In this document: positions 1 through 8,470 of the stretch, piece by piece
Numbering within the stretch: position 1 is the stretch's first letter
How the letters are laid out: each line of letters begins with the position of its first letter
Source: a virus
Direction: 5' to 3' (one strand)
IMG/VR virus record: IMGVR_UViG_3300008117_006248
Span: 1 to 64,000 of that record
DNA length: 64,000 nucleotides
Translations under genes and position numbers: made by a program
Notes under the pieces: generated by a model
What the model saw: the letters and a program-made list of their open reading frames with translations, nothing else
What the model was told of the DNA's origin: nothing
Database searches by the model: none

Positions 1-245
1 CGCTACTGGTGGCACAGGCGGTACTGGCGGCACTGGTGGAATAGGATCCACCGGTTCGATAGGATCTGTAGGTAGTAGAGGTTCTATTGGTGGCACTGGC
101 GGCACTGGCGCTACTGGTGGCACAGGCGGTACAGGCGGTACTGGCGGCATAGGATCTACTGGATCAATAGGATTCACAGGTGGCACTGGTGGAACCGGCG
201 GAACAGGTGGTACTGGAGGAATAGGAAGTACGGGTGCTACTGGTA
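1..245 (+). repeat. Gly-X-Y 9-nt tandem coding repeat block 1
   Basis: Repeats such as ggtggcact/ggcggtact/ggatctact encoding GGT, GAT, GST, GSI. Confidence 0.9.
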
Positions 246-1797
246 ATCCATTCGGGGGAGGAACGTTTACTGGAGACGTTACTTTTCAAGGTCTTGCTAC
301 AAGTCAAAAAGGTGTTTCTGATGTAACTGGTTCTGCAAATAACGCTACTCCATTAAGATTAACTCATCCAGGAGGCGGAGCTTATGCGACTAATGCAGCA
401 TCAATAACAGGAGCAATAAAAATAAGACTCCCTTTAAATGCTTATCGTTCTAGCACAATGATGAGAATGACTGTAAAAATTTATCTTTATAGCGGCGGAT
501 CTACAGGTAATTCAAGAACAATAGACATTGGTGGTTACAATTATAACTTAGGTGGATGGTACAATATATTTGCTTATCAAAATTCAATGAATGGTGTGGC
601 CGCATTGAATGTTAGATTTGGTTTTGAAGGTGGATATAACGTAATTTGGATTGGAGAAACAAATACTGTTTGGGATTACCCACAAGTATTTATAGAAGAT
701 TTTCAAGCGGGTTACAGCGCTACCGATCAAAGTAGGTGGGCTAGCGGTTGGGATATTAGTTTTATAACAACTTTTGGCACTGTTGAAAATGGTCCTATAA
801 CAGCGGCTCTTTCTATGGGCTCAACAGGAAGTACTGGCGGCACAGGCGGAACGGGAGGCACAGGTGGAACAGGCGGAATTGGATCAACGGGATCTACTGG
901 CGCTACAGGAGGAACTGGTGGCACTGGCGCTACTGGTGGCACAGGCGGTACTGGCGGCACTGGTGGAATAGGGTCCACCGGTTCAATAGGATCTACTGGA
1001 TCAATAGGATTCACAGGTGGCACTGGTGCTACAGCGGCACTGGTGCTACAGGCGGCACAGGCGGTACTGGTGGAATAGGATCAACTGGGTCGATAGGATC
1101 AACTGGGTCGATAGGATCATCAGGAGCTACAGGAGGTACTGGCGCTACTGGTGGTACTGGTGGCACTGGCGCTACTGGTGGCACTGGTGGCACTGGTGGA
1201 ATAGGATCGACCGGTTCGATAGGATCTGTAGGCAGTAGAGGTTCTACGGGTTCATCAGGAGCAACAGGTGGCACCGGCGCTACAGGCGGTACAGGCGGTA
1301 CAGGCGGTACAGGGGGCACAGGCTCAGCGGCTATAACAAATAATACTGATAATAATGTTTTAACTGCTACTGGCTCAGCTACAATAAATGGTGAAGTTAA
1401 CTTACAATTTGATGGTAATAATTTCTATGTTAATGGCGCAGTAGTACAAGATAGCGCATCACAATCTATTAGCGGGACCGCTGCTCTTACAATTGACGTT
1501 CAAGCTGCGAACTTGCATGTGATATCAGTTGCGGCAGGAACGGTAACATCGAGTATAACATATAACAACAGAGGTAATAATCCGAAAGTTAATACTTTAA
1601 TTTTAGTATTTAAATATTCAGGTACACATACTATTACATGGACTAACGTTTTATGGGCAAATAATACAACTCCAACAGTAACAGGCGCAAACACTTACGC
1701 TGACGTATATATGTTAACATCTTATCAAGGTGGCGCAGGCACTCCAAGTTGGATTGGAACGGTTGTCGCGCAAGGCTTAATAAGTACAACTCTATAA
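2..1797 (+). CDS. Collagen-like (Gly-X-Thr/Ser) tail fibre/adhesin, 5'-partial, with an internal 1-nt frameshift at ~1034
   Basis: Frame +2 is open from base 2 through GGT/GAT/GST repeats and a globular domain ([29 protein letters not shown] 458-1078). At 1031-1038 'aca gc ggc' lacks one G relative to the repeat unit. The repeat continues in frame +1 into [23 protein letters not shown] and ORF 1513-1797. Followed by a fibre-assembly gene. Confidence 0.8.
818..1326 (+). repeat. Gly-X-Y 9-nt tandem coding repeat block 2
   Basis: Same repeat units, with sub-blocks nearly identical to bases 1-90 (e.g. from ~929 and ~1170). Confidence 0.9.
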
Positions 1798-1800
1798 TCT

Positions 1801-2568
1801 ATGCTTACAAGTATTGCATCAAATTTAAACGGAAGCGCCTTCCCATACAACCCTTCCGCCGCAGCTACGGTTAACAGATTTAATTTAAGCCAAGGTAGAA
1901 GTTATAACCCAAAGAAATCTACCAGCAACTTTTTAGATGTATCTGGTAATGGTGTAGTTGGGACAGCGTATTCTGTATCAAATGAATATTACCCATGGAA
2001 ATATGGTGGCATGGTTTATTTAAATAACACTACAGGTTATAACCCAACACCAGGTAGCGGTCAAACTATTTATTTAAATGTTGGCACTACCAATGAATAT
2101 ACATTTATAGTAGCATGGGAATATGTAGCGTCTAATTTAACATACGGCGCAGATATCATAGCAGGTGCTTATGCTAATAGTACTCACGACTGGTGGATTG
2201 GGCAGGTTGATTATAATCCTGCTAACCCTTATCGTTATTCCCGGAATGGCACAGGTTATACTTTAGGAGGTGCTCCAGTAGCTGGGAGACGTTACATTGC
2301 AGTAGTTGGGAATAGCTTTGCGACAAACACTGGATATTTTTATTTATTTGATAGTGCTGGTAATTCGAATAGTAACGTTAGCATTGGCGGTGTTGCGTTA
2401 AACACATCAGGTAAAATTGCTCTTGGTAGATATGGAGACTATGGATTTGATAACTATATGCCTAGATGCTATTTCGGAGATGCAATTTATAGTAGCACAT
2501 TTTTATCTGGCGCAAATGCTTTAGCAATAAAAGATCAAATCAAATACAGATACGGAATAACAGTTTAA
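1801..2568 (+). CDS. Putative LamG/concanavalin-like virion (tail) protein
   Basis: Beta-rich, G/N/Y/S-rich; FLDVSGNG and IALGRYG..YFGDAIYSS..LS motifs resemble phage LamG-like domains; lies between fibre and chaperone genes. Confidence 0.5.
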   Translation: MLTSIASNLNGSAFPYNPSAAATVNRFNLSQGRSYNPKKSTSNFLDVSGNGVVGTAYSVSNEYYPWKYGGMVYLNNTTGYNPTPGSGQTIYLNVGTTNEYTFIVAWEYVASNLTYGADIIAGAYANSTHDWWIGQVDYNPANPYRYSRNGTGYTLGGAPVAGRRYIAVVGNSFATNTGYFYLFDSAGNSNSNVSIGGVALNTSGKIALGRYGDYGFDNYMPRCYFGDAIYSSTFLSGANALAIKDQIKYRYGITV

Positions 2569-2569
2569 T

Positions 2570-3127
2570 ATGAACACGAATCTTTACTTTTTAATTCAAA
2601 AAAATTCAGACGGATCTATCACGATTCTAAATGGACCAGATTATTTGCCTATTACTTTCCTTAATGTTAGTAATTTTAATAATCTTGAAAAAGACGCGCC
2701 TCAATTACTAAAAAATCTAGATTGGCTAGACAGGCCCACGTTAAGTTTTTGGCAGGCTGTTATTGGAGTTAAGCCAGTAGGCGTTTTTAGTAAAAAAATT
2801 GTATCTGAAAATAATGTAAACCCTGAATCAGAAACAGTAAATGTTGTCTATATCGAAGTAGATTTAACACCTCAAGAACAAGAGGAAAAAAAACAACTTC
2901 TTAAAAATAGATACACCCCAGTAAGAGACTCTTGTTTGAAACTCACAGACTTCACTCAGTTAGCCGACGCTCCTATTTCCGAACAAGCTAGAATCGATTT
3001 TTCTAATTTCAGGCAACAGTTGAGAGCAATGTTTGATATTTCTGATTATAGTCAATTAGCTTGGCCTGCGATTCCTACGTCTGCTCCAAATATAACTATA
3101 CCACCATTTCCGCCAATAGAAAAATAA
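2570..3127 (+). CDS. Tail fibre assembly chaperone-like protein
   Basis: C-terminal RDSCLKLTDFTQLADAP...FRQQLRAM...WPAIP matches the Tfa/phage tail assembly chaperone pattern. Confidence 0.75.
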   Translation: MNTNLYFLIQKNSDGSITILNGPDYLPITFLNVSNFNNLEKDAPQLLKNLDWLDRPTLSFWQAVIGVKPVGVFSKKIVSENNVNPESETVNVVYIEVDLTPQEQEEKKQLLKNRYTPVRDSCLKLTDFTQLADAPISEQARIDFSNFRQQLRAMFDISDYSQLAWPAIPTSAPNITIPPFPPIEK

Positions 3128-3146
3128 AGTTAGAACTCTTATTCTT

Positions 3147-3153
3147 GTGTAAT
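3147..3153 (+). promoter_or_regulatory. GTGTAAT motif (candidate phage late promoter)
   Basis: GTGTAA lies 9 nt before ATG 3162; identical motif and spacing at 6287-6293 (-). Confidence 0.4.
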
Positions 3154-3161
3154 TAACTAAT

Positions 3162-3686
3162 ATGAAGGTTGTTGATATAGCTCAAGAAATTTATTTTGAT
3201 TTAAATAGCCCAAGCGATTTAAGCATAGCGGCTATATCTTTTTGGGTAAGAGCTAACGTCGGGGCTTTAAATAGTTTCTTGTTTTCTAATTTTGTTATAG
3301 ATGGAACTACTTATGAAATAGTAGACGCAGATGATAACAATGCCGAAATAAATATTAATGCTGTGGCGATATTAAAAAAGATGTACATGATACATCGTTA
3401 CGCCGTAATTATTAGATCTAAATTAACTTCTACAGATTCAGACGACGTAATAGAAGTAACGCATAACGACACAAAAGTAAGAAAAATAGACAAAAATCAA
3501 ATCATTAAAACAGTTAGCGCAGAAAAGAAACAAGAAGAAGAATCTCTCAAGCTTCTAATTAGCGCATATAGAGGAAAACAATTTACCCCAGAACAGGTAG
3601 TCGGAGACGATATTGTCGCTGGAGCATTCCCAGACAATTATCCATACATTAGATCTGGCAGAACTTATGGATATACAGCTTATTAA
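3162..3686 (+). CDS. Hypothetical protein (possibly virion/head-tail connector)
   Basis: 174-aa ORF; no recognisable catalytic motif. Confidence 0.55.
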   Translation: MKVVDIAQEIYFDLNSPSDLSIAAISFWVRANVGALNSFLFSNFVIDGTTYEIVDADDNNAEININAVAILKKMYMIHRYAVIIRSKLTSTDSDDVIEVTHNDTKVRKIDKNQIIKTVSAEKKQEEESLKLLISAYRGKQFTPEQVVGDDIVAGAFPDNYPYIRSGRTYGYTAY

Positions 3687-3880
3687 AGATCTGAGTTTTC
3701 TTCTATTATTTTTTCTATTTGAGTTATTTCAAAAAGAATCTTACTCTTTAGACTCTTCAACTCATTAAGCACAGCGGCGGCTTGTTTTTTAGATTTGGCT
3801 TTTTCTAGTTTTTTTATAAGTCTGTCTGATTCTTTTTCATAAAACTCCGCCGTCTTGAGCATCATTTGCAAATGGTCCAT
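3683..3880 (-). CDS. Small coiled-coil hypothetical protein
   Basis: 65 aa, K/E/L-rich helical pattern. Confidence 0.55.
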   Translation of the reverse strand: MDHLQMMLKTAEFYEKESDRLIKKLEKAKSKKQAAAVLNELKSLKSKILFEITQIEKIIEENSDL

Positions 3881-3883
3881 ATA

Positions 3884-3913
3884 AAATGAAAGAGGGGAGC
3901 TTTCGCTCCCCTC
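3884..3913 (-). terminator. Rho-independent terminator
   Basis: On the minus strand GAGGGGAGC-GAAA-GCTCCCCTC then TTTCATTTT, just downstream of ORF 3925-4113. Confidence 0.85.
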
Positions 3914-3924
3914 AGTTTTGTATT

Positions 3925-4113
3925 TTAACGCTTACGTCGAGCCGCTCGCTTACTTAGGGTTTGTGGGTCAGATGCAGTTGCGAAACCGAATGCATTACGC
4001 GCAATACGCTTGGTGTCGGTTCGATGTTGGTTGATCTTAACAACCTTCTGGACATCAGTCACTGTTAGCCTACCGCAGTCAGACTCGGTAACCGTAATAG
4101 AGTACTTATTCAT
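3925..4113 (-). CDS. Small basic hypothetical protein (monocistronic)
   Basis: 62 aa with R/K-rich C-terminus; flanked by a TTGACT promoter (4145-4150) and its own terminator. Confidence 0.65.
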   Translation of the reverse strand: MNKYSITVTESDCGRLTVTDVQKVVKINQHRTDTKRIARNAFGFATASDPQTLSKRAARRKR

Positions 4114-4146
4114 AGCATCTATATTGTTGCTGAAAAATAGAAAAAG

Positions 4147-4485
4147 TCAAGTTATTTTTACAGAAATTTCCCTGCTTTCTGGGTTTTCTTTTTCCGGCAA
4201 AGAAACATTTAAAACACCGTTTTCTAGTTCAGCGGAAGTTTTTGCAAGATCGCAATCTTTTGGCAAAATAAATACGATTGACTTGGATTTTCTTTTGTTT
4301 TCTTTAGAGGGTGCAGCTTTAATAATCAATCTGCCTTGCTTGGTTTTAACAGAAACCTCTTCTTTAGAAAATCCGGGGACATCAAAAGAAAGCAAATACT
4401 TTCCATTTTCATGCCGCCAATCATATTCAATGTTAGAGGTGCTATCGATTAGGTTATAAAATAATGAATTATATGTATTGTCCAT
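4147..4485 (-). CDS. Small heat shock protein (Hsp20/alpha-crystallin family)
   Basis: FDVPGFSKEEVSV...LP..D..SAELENGVLNVSLP alpha-crystallin motif. Confidence 0.9.
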   Translation of the reverse strand: MDNTYNSLFYNLIDSTSNIEYDWRHENGKYLLSFDVPGFSKEEVSVKTKQGRLIIKAAPSKENKRKSKSIVFILPKDCDLAKTSAELENGVLNVSLPEKENPESREISVKIT

Positions 4486-4499
4486 AGGTACTTTTTAAA

Positions 4500-4515
4500 A
4501 GCAAAGGCTGTGCCG
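4500..4515 (-). promoter_or_regulatory. Sigma54-like -24/-12 promoter of hsp20
   Basis: Minus strand CGGCACAGCCTTTGCT = GG-N10-GC, matching TGGCAC-N5-TTGCW; ends 14 nt before the ATG. Confidence 0.6.
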
Positions 4516-5202
4516 TTAGATTTGGCTTAGATTTTCTATGTTTTTCTTGTTTTTCCGAGACTTGGAGGAACTTTTTGTCTCACTAAGTGCGCCATAGATG
4601 AGACTAAATAACTCATAAACAGACTGCTTAGAAAAATGGCTCTCTTCAGGAGGCTTCGGAGATGTGTCTTGCCATTCTAAAACATAATCAGCGAGGGCTT
4701 CGACCTTTGGAGTATGAGTCGCTTCTTGATTGTTGACTGGGATTGAAAATGTTTTTTTGAAAGGGGATGCGCTTTCTATTTTATACTTTTTGACATGAAT
4801 TAAAATACCGCCATTTTTCTTTAACCAATAAACTTCATCGTTTTCATATTCAGCGTGTCTAATATCTGGAATGCAAATTATTCTTTCGTTTTTTGTTTTC
4901 TCGAACTTGGCTATGGCTTTAGAGATCTTGTCGGTCCAATGAGTGCCTCTGGTTTCAATGCGCTTAACTTTGCCATGAAAAACCAAAAAGTCTCGTATTT
5001 TACTCTTGTCTTCTCTTGAACAAATTATTGGGTCTATGCCGTAGAGAGACAAAAGAGCTTCTTTGCATTCTTCTTTAATAGAATCTGCCAAAGCAATTCT
5101 TTCAAATTCATAGCCCATTTCTTCGAACAACTCTCTAAGCATATTGCATAAAGAGTCTTTGCCGTCGCCAGCTAATCCTGATATTCCTATTAATTTATTC
5201 AT
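4516..5202 (-). CDS. Deoxynucleoside monophosphate kinase
   Basis: N-terminal P-loop GLAGDGKD, LADSIK and IPDIRH..E motifs of phage dNMP kinases; start placed at ATG 5202 (ATGA overlap with HNH stop). Confidence 0.8.
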   Translation of the reverse strand: MNKLIGISGLAGDGKDSLCNMLRELFEEMGYEFERIALADSIKEECKEALLSLYGIDPIICSREDKSKIRDFLVFHGKVKRIETRGTHWTDKISKAIAKFEKTKNERIICIPDIRHAEYENDEVYWLKKNGGILIHVKKYKIESASPFKKTFSIPVNNQEATHTPKVEALADYVLEWQDTSPKPPEESHFSKQSVYELFSLIYGALSETKSSSKSRKNKKNIENLSQI

Positions 5203-5810
5203 TTGATAAAAACATTCCAATCTATATGATTTTTAAATTCTATTAAATCTGTTGCCAGAATGGGCGGCATGGCTTTGGGCTTTCTTATGAGTTTCAGCCC
5301 AGCTTCTTCTGGGGTTTTGTTTCCTTTTTTAGAGTTTATGTCTTTATGACATAGCACCATGTTTTCCCAAGTGTTTGGGCCTCCTCTAGACTTTGGAAAA
5401 GGGTGGTCTATATTTGCTTCTTCTGGTTTTAACTTTTTGCCGCTGTATTGGCAAATTCCTTTGTCTCTGATCCAAATGTTGTTCTTGGTAGGGCGGAATG
5501 TCTTTACTGGGATTTCAGCGTATTTAGAAGAGGCAATAATTGTAGGAACTCTAATTGACATTTTACTTGTTCTTATTTCTAGGTCACATTCTCTAACTGG
5601 GAGCGTTATCCATTCTTCCCATTTGACCGCTTGAATATCTTCTACTTCAGAAAAATTTAAAGAACCATCTTTATTTTTACCGTAGAGAACATTAAGCGCC
5701 ACGCAGTTAGGATTAACAAGCTCGCTAAAAGCGTCTCTAACAGACTTAACTCCAATAGGTTGCCACCTCTTGTTAAGACATAGACATATAATTTTGTCCT
5801 CTATACCCAT
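5199..5810 (-). CDS. HNH endonuclease (McrA/HNH_5-like)
   Basis: RDKGICQYSG...IDHPFPKSRGGPNTWENMVLCHKDINSKKGN. Confidence 0.9.
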   Translation of the reverse strand: MGIEDKIICLCLNKRWQPIGVKSVRDAFSELVNPNCVALNVLYGKNKDGSLNFSEVEDIQAVKWEEWITLPVRECDLEIRTSKMSIRVPTIIASSKYAEIPVKTFRPTKNNIWIRDKGICQYSGKKLKPEEANIDHPFPKSRGGPNTWENMVLCHKDINSKKGNKTPEEAGLKLIRKPKAMPPILATDLIEFKNHIDWNVFIK

Positions 5811-5816
5811 GCATTA

Positions 5817-5845
5817 AGTATGATTTTTTTTCTTATTAATGTCAA
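5817..5845 (-). promoter_or_regulatory. Sigma70-like promoter, leaderless (HNH)
   Basis: TTGACA-N17-CATACT-N6-ATG. Confidence 0.75.
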
Positions 5846-5888
5846 GATTTTTTCTAGATTTTTTTAACGTTATTTTTAGAATGAATTG

Positions 5889-6044
5889 ATGAAGAAAAAT
5901 TCTACTTCTAAAAATGCTATAAAGAAGGCGGCTAAGAAGCCAACGTCTTCTGGCAACGCAGGTAACACAGGCAACACAGGTAATGTTGGCAAGGGAGGCC
6001 AGCCAGGAAGTTCTGGTAGCTCGGGCTCCGCTAAAAAGCGATAA
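5889..6044 (+). CDS. Unannotated 51-aa Lys-rich/Gly-X-Y peptide
   Basis: MKKNSTSKNAIKKAAKKPTSSGNAGNTGNTGNVGKGGQPGSSGSSGSAKKR*; TAGAAT lies 6 nt upstream and a terminator directly downstream. Confidence 0.65.
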   Translation: MKKNSTSKNAIKKAAKKPTSSGNAGNTGNTGNVGKGGQPGSSGSSGSAKKR

Positions 6045-6049
6045 AACAC

Positions 6050-6075
6050 GGCGCGATGAAAATCGCGCCTTTTTT
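6050..6075 (+). terminator. Rho-independent terminator
   Basis: GGCGCGAT-GAAA-ATCGCGCC-TTTTTT. Confidence 0.85.
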
Positions 6076-6077
6076 AT

Positions 6078-6278
6078 TTAATAAATTAAGAAAGACTCGT
6101 CAGAGCAATCTTCCCAGTCTAAAGATTCAGAGGCTTTGGATTTTCTTTTGAATTGACTATAGCACACAGCGGCTCTTTGTTTTTGCTGCGGGAAATCCTT
6201 GTTCATTGTAGGATCCCCCATGCATTTTGATACAAACTCGCTTTGCTTTTCGTTCTTTCTAGGTTTAGGTAATGGCAT
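6078..6278 (-). CDS. Small phage hypothetical protein (MPLPKP..F.S.CM..QR.AVC type)
   Basis: 66 aa; this motif recurs in phage genomes; GTGTAAT motif upstream. Confidence 0.7.
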   Translation of the reverse strand: MPLPKPRKNEKQSEFVSKCMGDPTMNKDFPQQKQRAAVCYSQFKRKSKASESLDWEDCSDESFLIY

Positions 6279-6293
6279 ATAATCGTATTACAC

Positions 6294-6473
6294 CTAATTA
6301 AGAGACCTAATATCAAAAATATCAACAGAAACTAAGGTATCTCCGTTTGATACAATGAACGTCTCCTCATCCTTTACGGCTGTAACCTCTCCGATCCACT
6401 CTCCTTCTGGATCTAAAATCTTTACAGTTTTGCCAATTAACCTTGAATTGATATCAAGTCTGGATTCTTTCAT
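6294..6473 (-). CDS. Unannotated 59-aa small beta-barrel (SH3/Sm-like) hypothetical protein
   Basis: MKESRLDINSRLIGKTVKILDPEGEWIGEVTAVKDEETFIVSNGDTLVSVDIFDIRSLN*; ATGA overlap with the upstream ORF stop. Confidence 0.65.
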   Translation of the reverse strand: MKESRLDINSRLIGKTVKILDPEGEWIGEVTAVKDEETFIVSNGDTLVSVDIFDIRSLN

Positions 6474-6769
6474 TTGATTTTTATTATTTTGTCTGAATAT
6501 GGGAATGTTATGCTTATGTTTGAATAAGTTTTATTCGGATCTAATATTTCAGCAAGAATTTTGATGGTATCTTGAGAAAACTTCTCTGCGATTTCAACAT
6601 ATTTGCTTTCATGGATTTCAGTAGCTGCCTTATTTGAGCAGTTGCATTTCGACAAACTGTCTATACAAAAAGACAGCGCTTCTACTAATTCTGAGGATCT
6701 TGACACTTCTGTCGGGCTTGTCGAGATGGCTTTGCAAAATTCTATTAGTCCCTTAATTTCTATTTCCAT
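6470..6769 (-). CDS. Hypothetical protein
   Basis: 99-aa ORF in a tightly packed operon. Confidence 0.6.
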   Translation of the reverse strand: MEIEIKGLIEFCKAISTSPTEVSRSSELVEALSFCIDSLSKCNCSNKAATEIHESKYVEIAEKFSQDTIKILAEILDPNKTYSNISITFPYSDKIIKIK

Positions 6770-7112
6770 GGTTAAACATTATATCTACAGTTTTGTATAG
6801 TATTACATACACAAAATAAACAAAAAAAACAAATTGAATTTTTGAAACAGCAAAACATAACCAAAAGCCCAAACAATATGGGCAGCTCAATAATCTAGTA
6901 AAAAAATTATTGTTCTTGAGAAGCAAGAAGTCAAAATAATTTGTCTTGCCATTGTTTTGAATTTTAAAACATTTATACTCAATGTCTCTGGTAAAAGACA
7001 AAATTTTAAATATCTTGCCGTATTCGACAATGAAATCTGTCTTATAAAGCAAAATAGAAATCGCCGCGCAAGAGGCGGCTTGGACAATATTATCCTGAAT
7101 GCCCATAGCCAC
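6753..7112 (-). CDS. Membrane protein, DUF1360-like
   Basis: LLSCPYCLGFW followed by hydrophobic segments. Confidence 0.5.
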   Translation of the reverse strand: MAMGIQDNIVQAASCAAISILLYKTDFIVEYGKIFKILSFTRDIEYKCFKIQNNGKTNYFDFLLLKNNNFFTRLLSCPYCLGFWLCFAVSKIQFVFFVYFVYVILYKTVDIMFNHGNRN

Positions 7113-7512
7113 CCTCGCCTCGCTTGGTTGAAGTTAGGTCGTTAGACTTTACAAAATTAACATGAGCGCATGGCTCAATTATTATTTGAGCAATTTTGTC
7201 TCCAGCTTTCACATTAAAATCAACATTGTTGTCGGTGTTATACAAAATAACACCAATATCGCCCCTGTAGTCAGAGTCTATTACACCGGCTAAAACGTCA
7301 ATTCCATTTTTATATGCCAGTCCAGATCTTGGAGCTATTCTTCCATAGTGGTTCATGGGAATGGCCATGCTGACGTTTGTCTTAATCAATGCCCTGCCAA
7401 GTCTGGGAATAATTGCGCTTTCAGCAGCATACAAATCGTATCCAGCAGAAAATGCAGTAGCTTGCGTAGGAATCTTGGCCAAGTCGCTTAACAGTTTGAT
7501 GTGTATGTCCAC
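7090..7512 (-). CDS. dut: dUTPase (trimeric)
   Basis: AGYDL, GRIAPRSGLA, AGVIDSDYRGDIGV, KIAQII, RGEGGYGHSG motifs. Confidence 0.97.
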   Translation of the reverse strand: MDIHIKLLSDLAKIPTQATAFSAGYDLYAAESAIIPRLGRALIKTNVSMAIPMNHYGRIAPRSGLAYKNGIDVLAGVIDSDYRGDIGVILYNTDNNVDFNVKAGDKIAQIIIEPCAHVNFVKSNDLTSTKRGEGGYGHSG

Positions 7513-7518
7513 GACGAT

Positions 7519-7583
7519 ATTATGCAGCTATAGTAAAAAAAGTCAACTTAAAATTTGATTTTTTTACTTTTTGAGATCATATT
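7519..7583. promoter_or_regulatory. Divergent pair of leaderless sigma70-like promoters
   Basis: Minus: TTGACT(7546-41)-N16-CATAAT-N6-GTG(dut). Plus: TTGATT(7555-60)-N17-CATATT-N5-GTG(7589). Confidence 0.7.
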
Positions 7584-7588
7584 AAAGT

Positions 7589-7996
7589 GTGAACATCATT
7601 GAATGTTATCAGCTACTCAACGAGTACTTCAACAGCCGCAGTTGCTTCAATCTAAAGAAAAATAGGAAAGAAGTGATTTTGGTGTCTGACGATGAACCAT
7701 CGGAAAACGCGGCGCTTGTCTGCGCTCTGAGAGAAATGGAAAAAGCCAATGTGCTTCGCTCATGCGTTCTAGACGGCGAAGAATATTGGGTTTTAGTGAA
7801 GTCTCTTGAGTCCTTTTCTCAGACGATAGAAGTAAGCGGGCTGGTAGCCGCTGGCATAGCTTCTATTATTAATAATATGTGCCAAGAGTTAAACAGCGAG
7901 TCAGAGAAGTGCGACGTTTTAAATATTACAGAAAAGGATTTAAAGAATTTAATTTATATCGCTTCTAAGGCCACTCCAGACTCGCTTAAGAAATGA
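7589..7996 (+). CDS. Hypothetical protein, possible winged-helix
   Basis: ALREMEKANVLRSCVLDGEEYWVL resembles a wHTH recognition helix plus wing. Confidence 0.5.
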   Translation: MNIIECYQLLNEYFNSRSCFNLKKNRKEVILVSDDEPSENAALVCALREMEKANVLRSCVLDGEEYWVLVKSLESFSQTIEVSGLVAAGIASIINNMCQELNSESEKCDVLNITEKDLKNLIYIASKATPDSLKK

Positions 7997-7997
7997 T

Positions 7998-8025
7998 TTG
8001 ACTTTTCCAGAAAACAGGTCATAGT
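7998..8025 (+). promoter_or_regulatory. Sigma70-like promoter driving the non-coding RNA/sigma gene
   Basis: TTGACT-N16-CATAGT; the context GGTCATAGTCATCC nearly matches GGTCATAATCATCC before ATG 41018, predicting +1 near 8031. Confidence 0.7.
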
Positions 8026-8030
8026 CATCC

Positions 8031-8470
8031 AGACTGTTGTGCAGAGGTAACCTGAGCAAAACCATGCTCACTTAAGAATAAAATCTTATTTAAACTCGTA
8101 AGAGACAGCAAGCCCGTTGAAAGACGATAGGAAATTGGAGGAAACTCCAGCGTGCGTTCGGGAGAGGTCGCGTCGTAACTGAGTCCTATTTAAAACTACT
8201 AGAAACTTCATTCCTCTCAAAGGAAAAGGCGATGGTGGAACGTCTGAAAAAAAGTCGCTGCGCAAACAACAGTCTAGCATAGCCAAAAGTAGTCACTAGC
8301 TAAACGGACTCACTAAAGCCGGAGATGCGATGACTGATGTGGGTACTTTTGGGTGAATAATATCTTAGATAACAACATCTAAGCTGACCTACTATTGCTT
8401 AATAGCCAACTCAAGGAAAAGTTATAAGGCGATGGTGGAGAGGCAAAGTCTCTGTGGCAACACAGAGCAT
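8031..8470 (+). ncRNA. Candidate large structured RNA (unknown class) upstream of phage sigma factor
   Basis: Long-range helices 8031-40/8266-75, 8127-32/8184-89, 8283-91/8344-52; GNRA-capped hairpins at 8095-8104, 8115-26, 8135-50, 8157-66, 8450-67; further hairpins 8053-70, 8364-83, 8392-8405; no credible ORF. Confidence 0.7.

Noticed and set aside
727-1319. Pro/Val-rich minus-strand ORFs (727-1023, 1029-1319) and the W/R-rich ORF 1017-1238
   Set aside because: Shadow frames of the Gly-X-Thr repeat.
1-1326. Possible CRISPR-like repeat array
   Set aside because: Repeats are 9-nt in-frame codon repeats without unique spacers.
5199-5810. HNH as a mobile homing endonuclease or intron
   Set aside because: Free-standing gene with its own promoter, coupled to the dNMP kinase; it interrupts no gene.
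8130-8155. GAGGAAACTCC resembling the RNase P GAGGAAAGUCC motif; also considered tmRNA, group I intron and cobalamin riboswitch
   Set aside because: The motif forms a local GAAA hairpin and no P4 partner is evident. There are no tRNA-like ends, P7 pair or B12 box recognisable by eye. Only cmscan can formally exclude these.
8086-8286. 66-aa minus-strand ORF inside the intergenic gap
   Set aside because: No promoter or coupling and an atypical composition; the region is better explained by plus-strand RNA structure.
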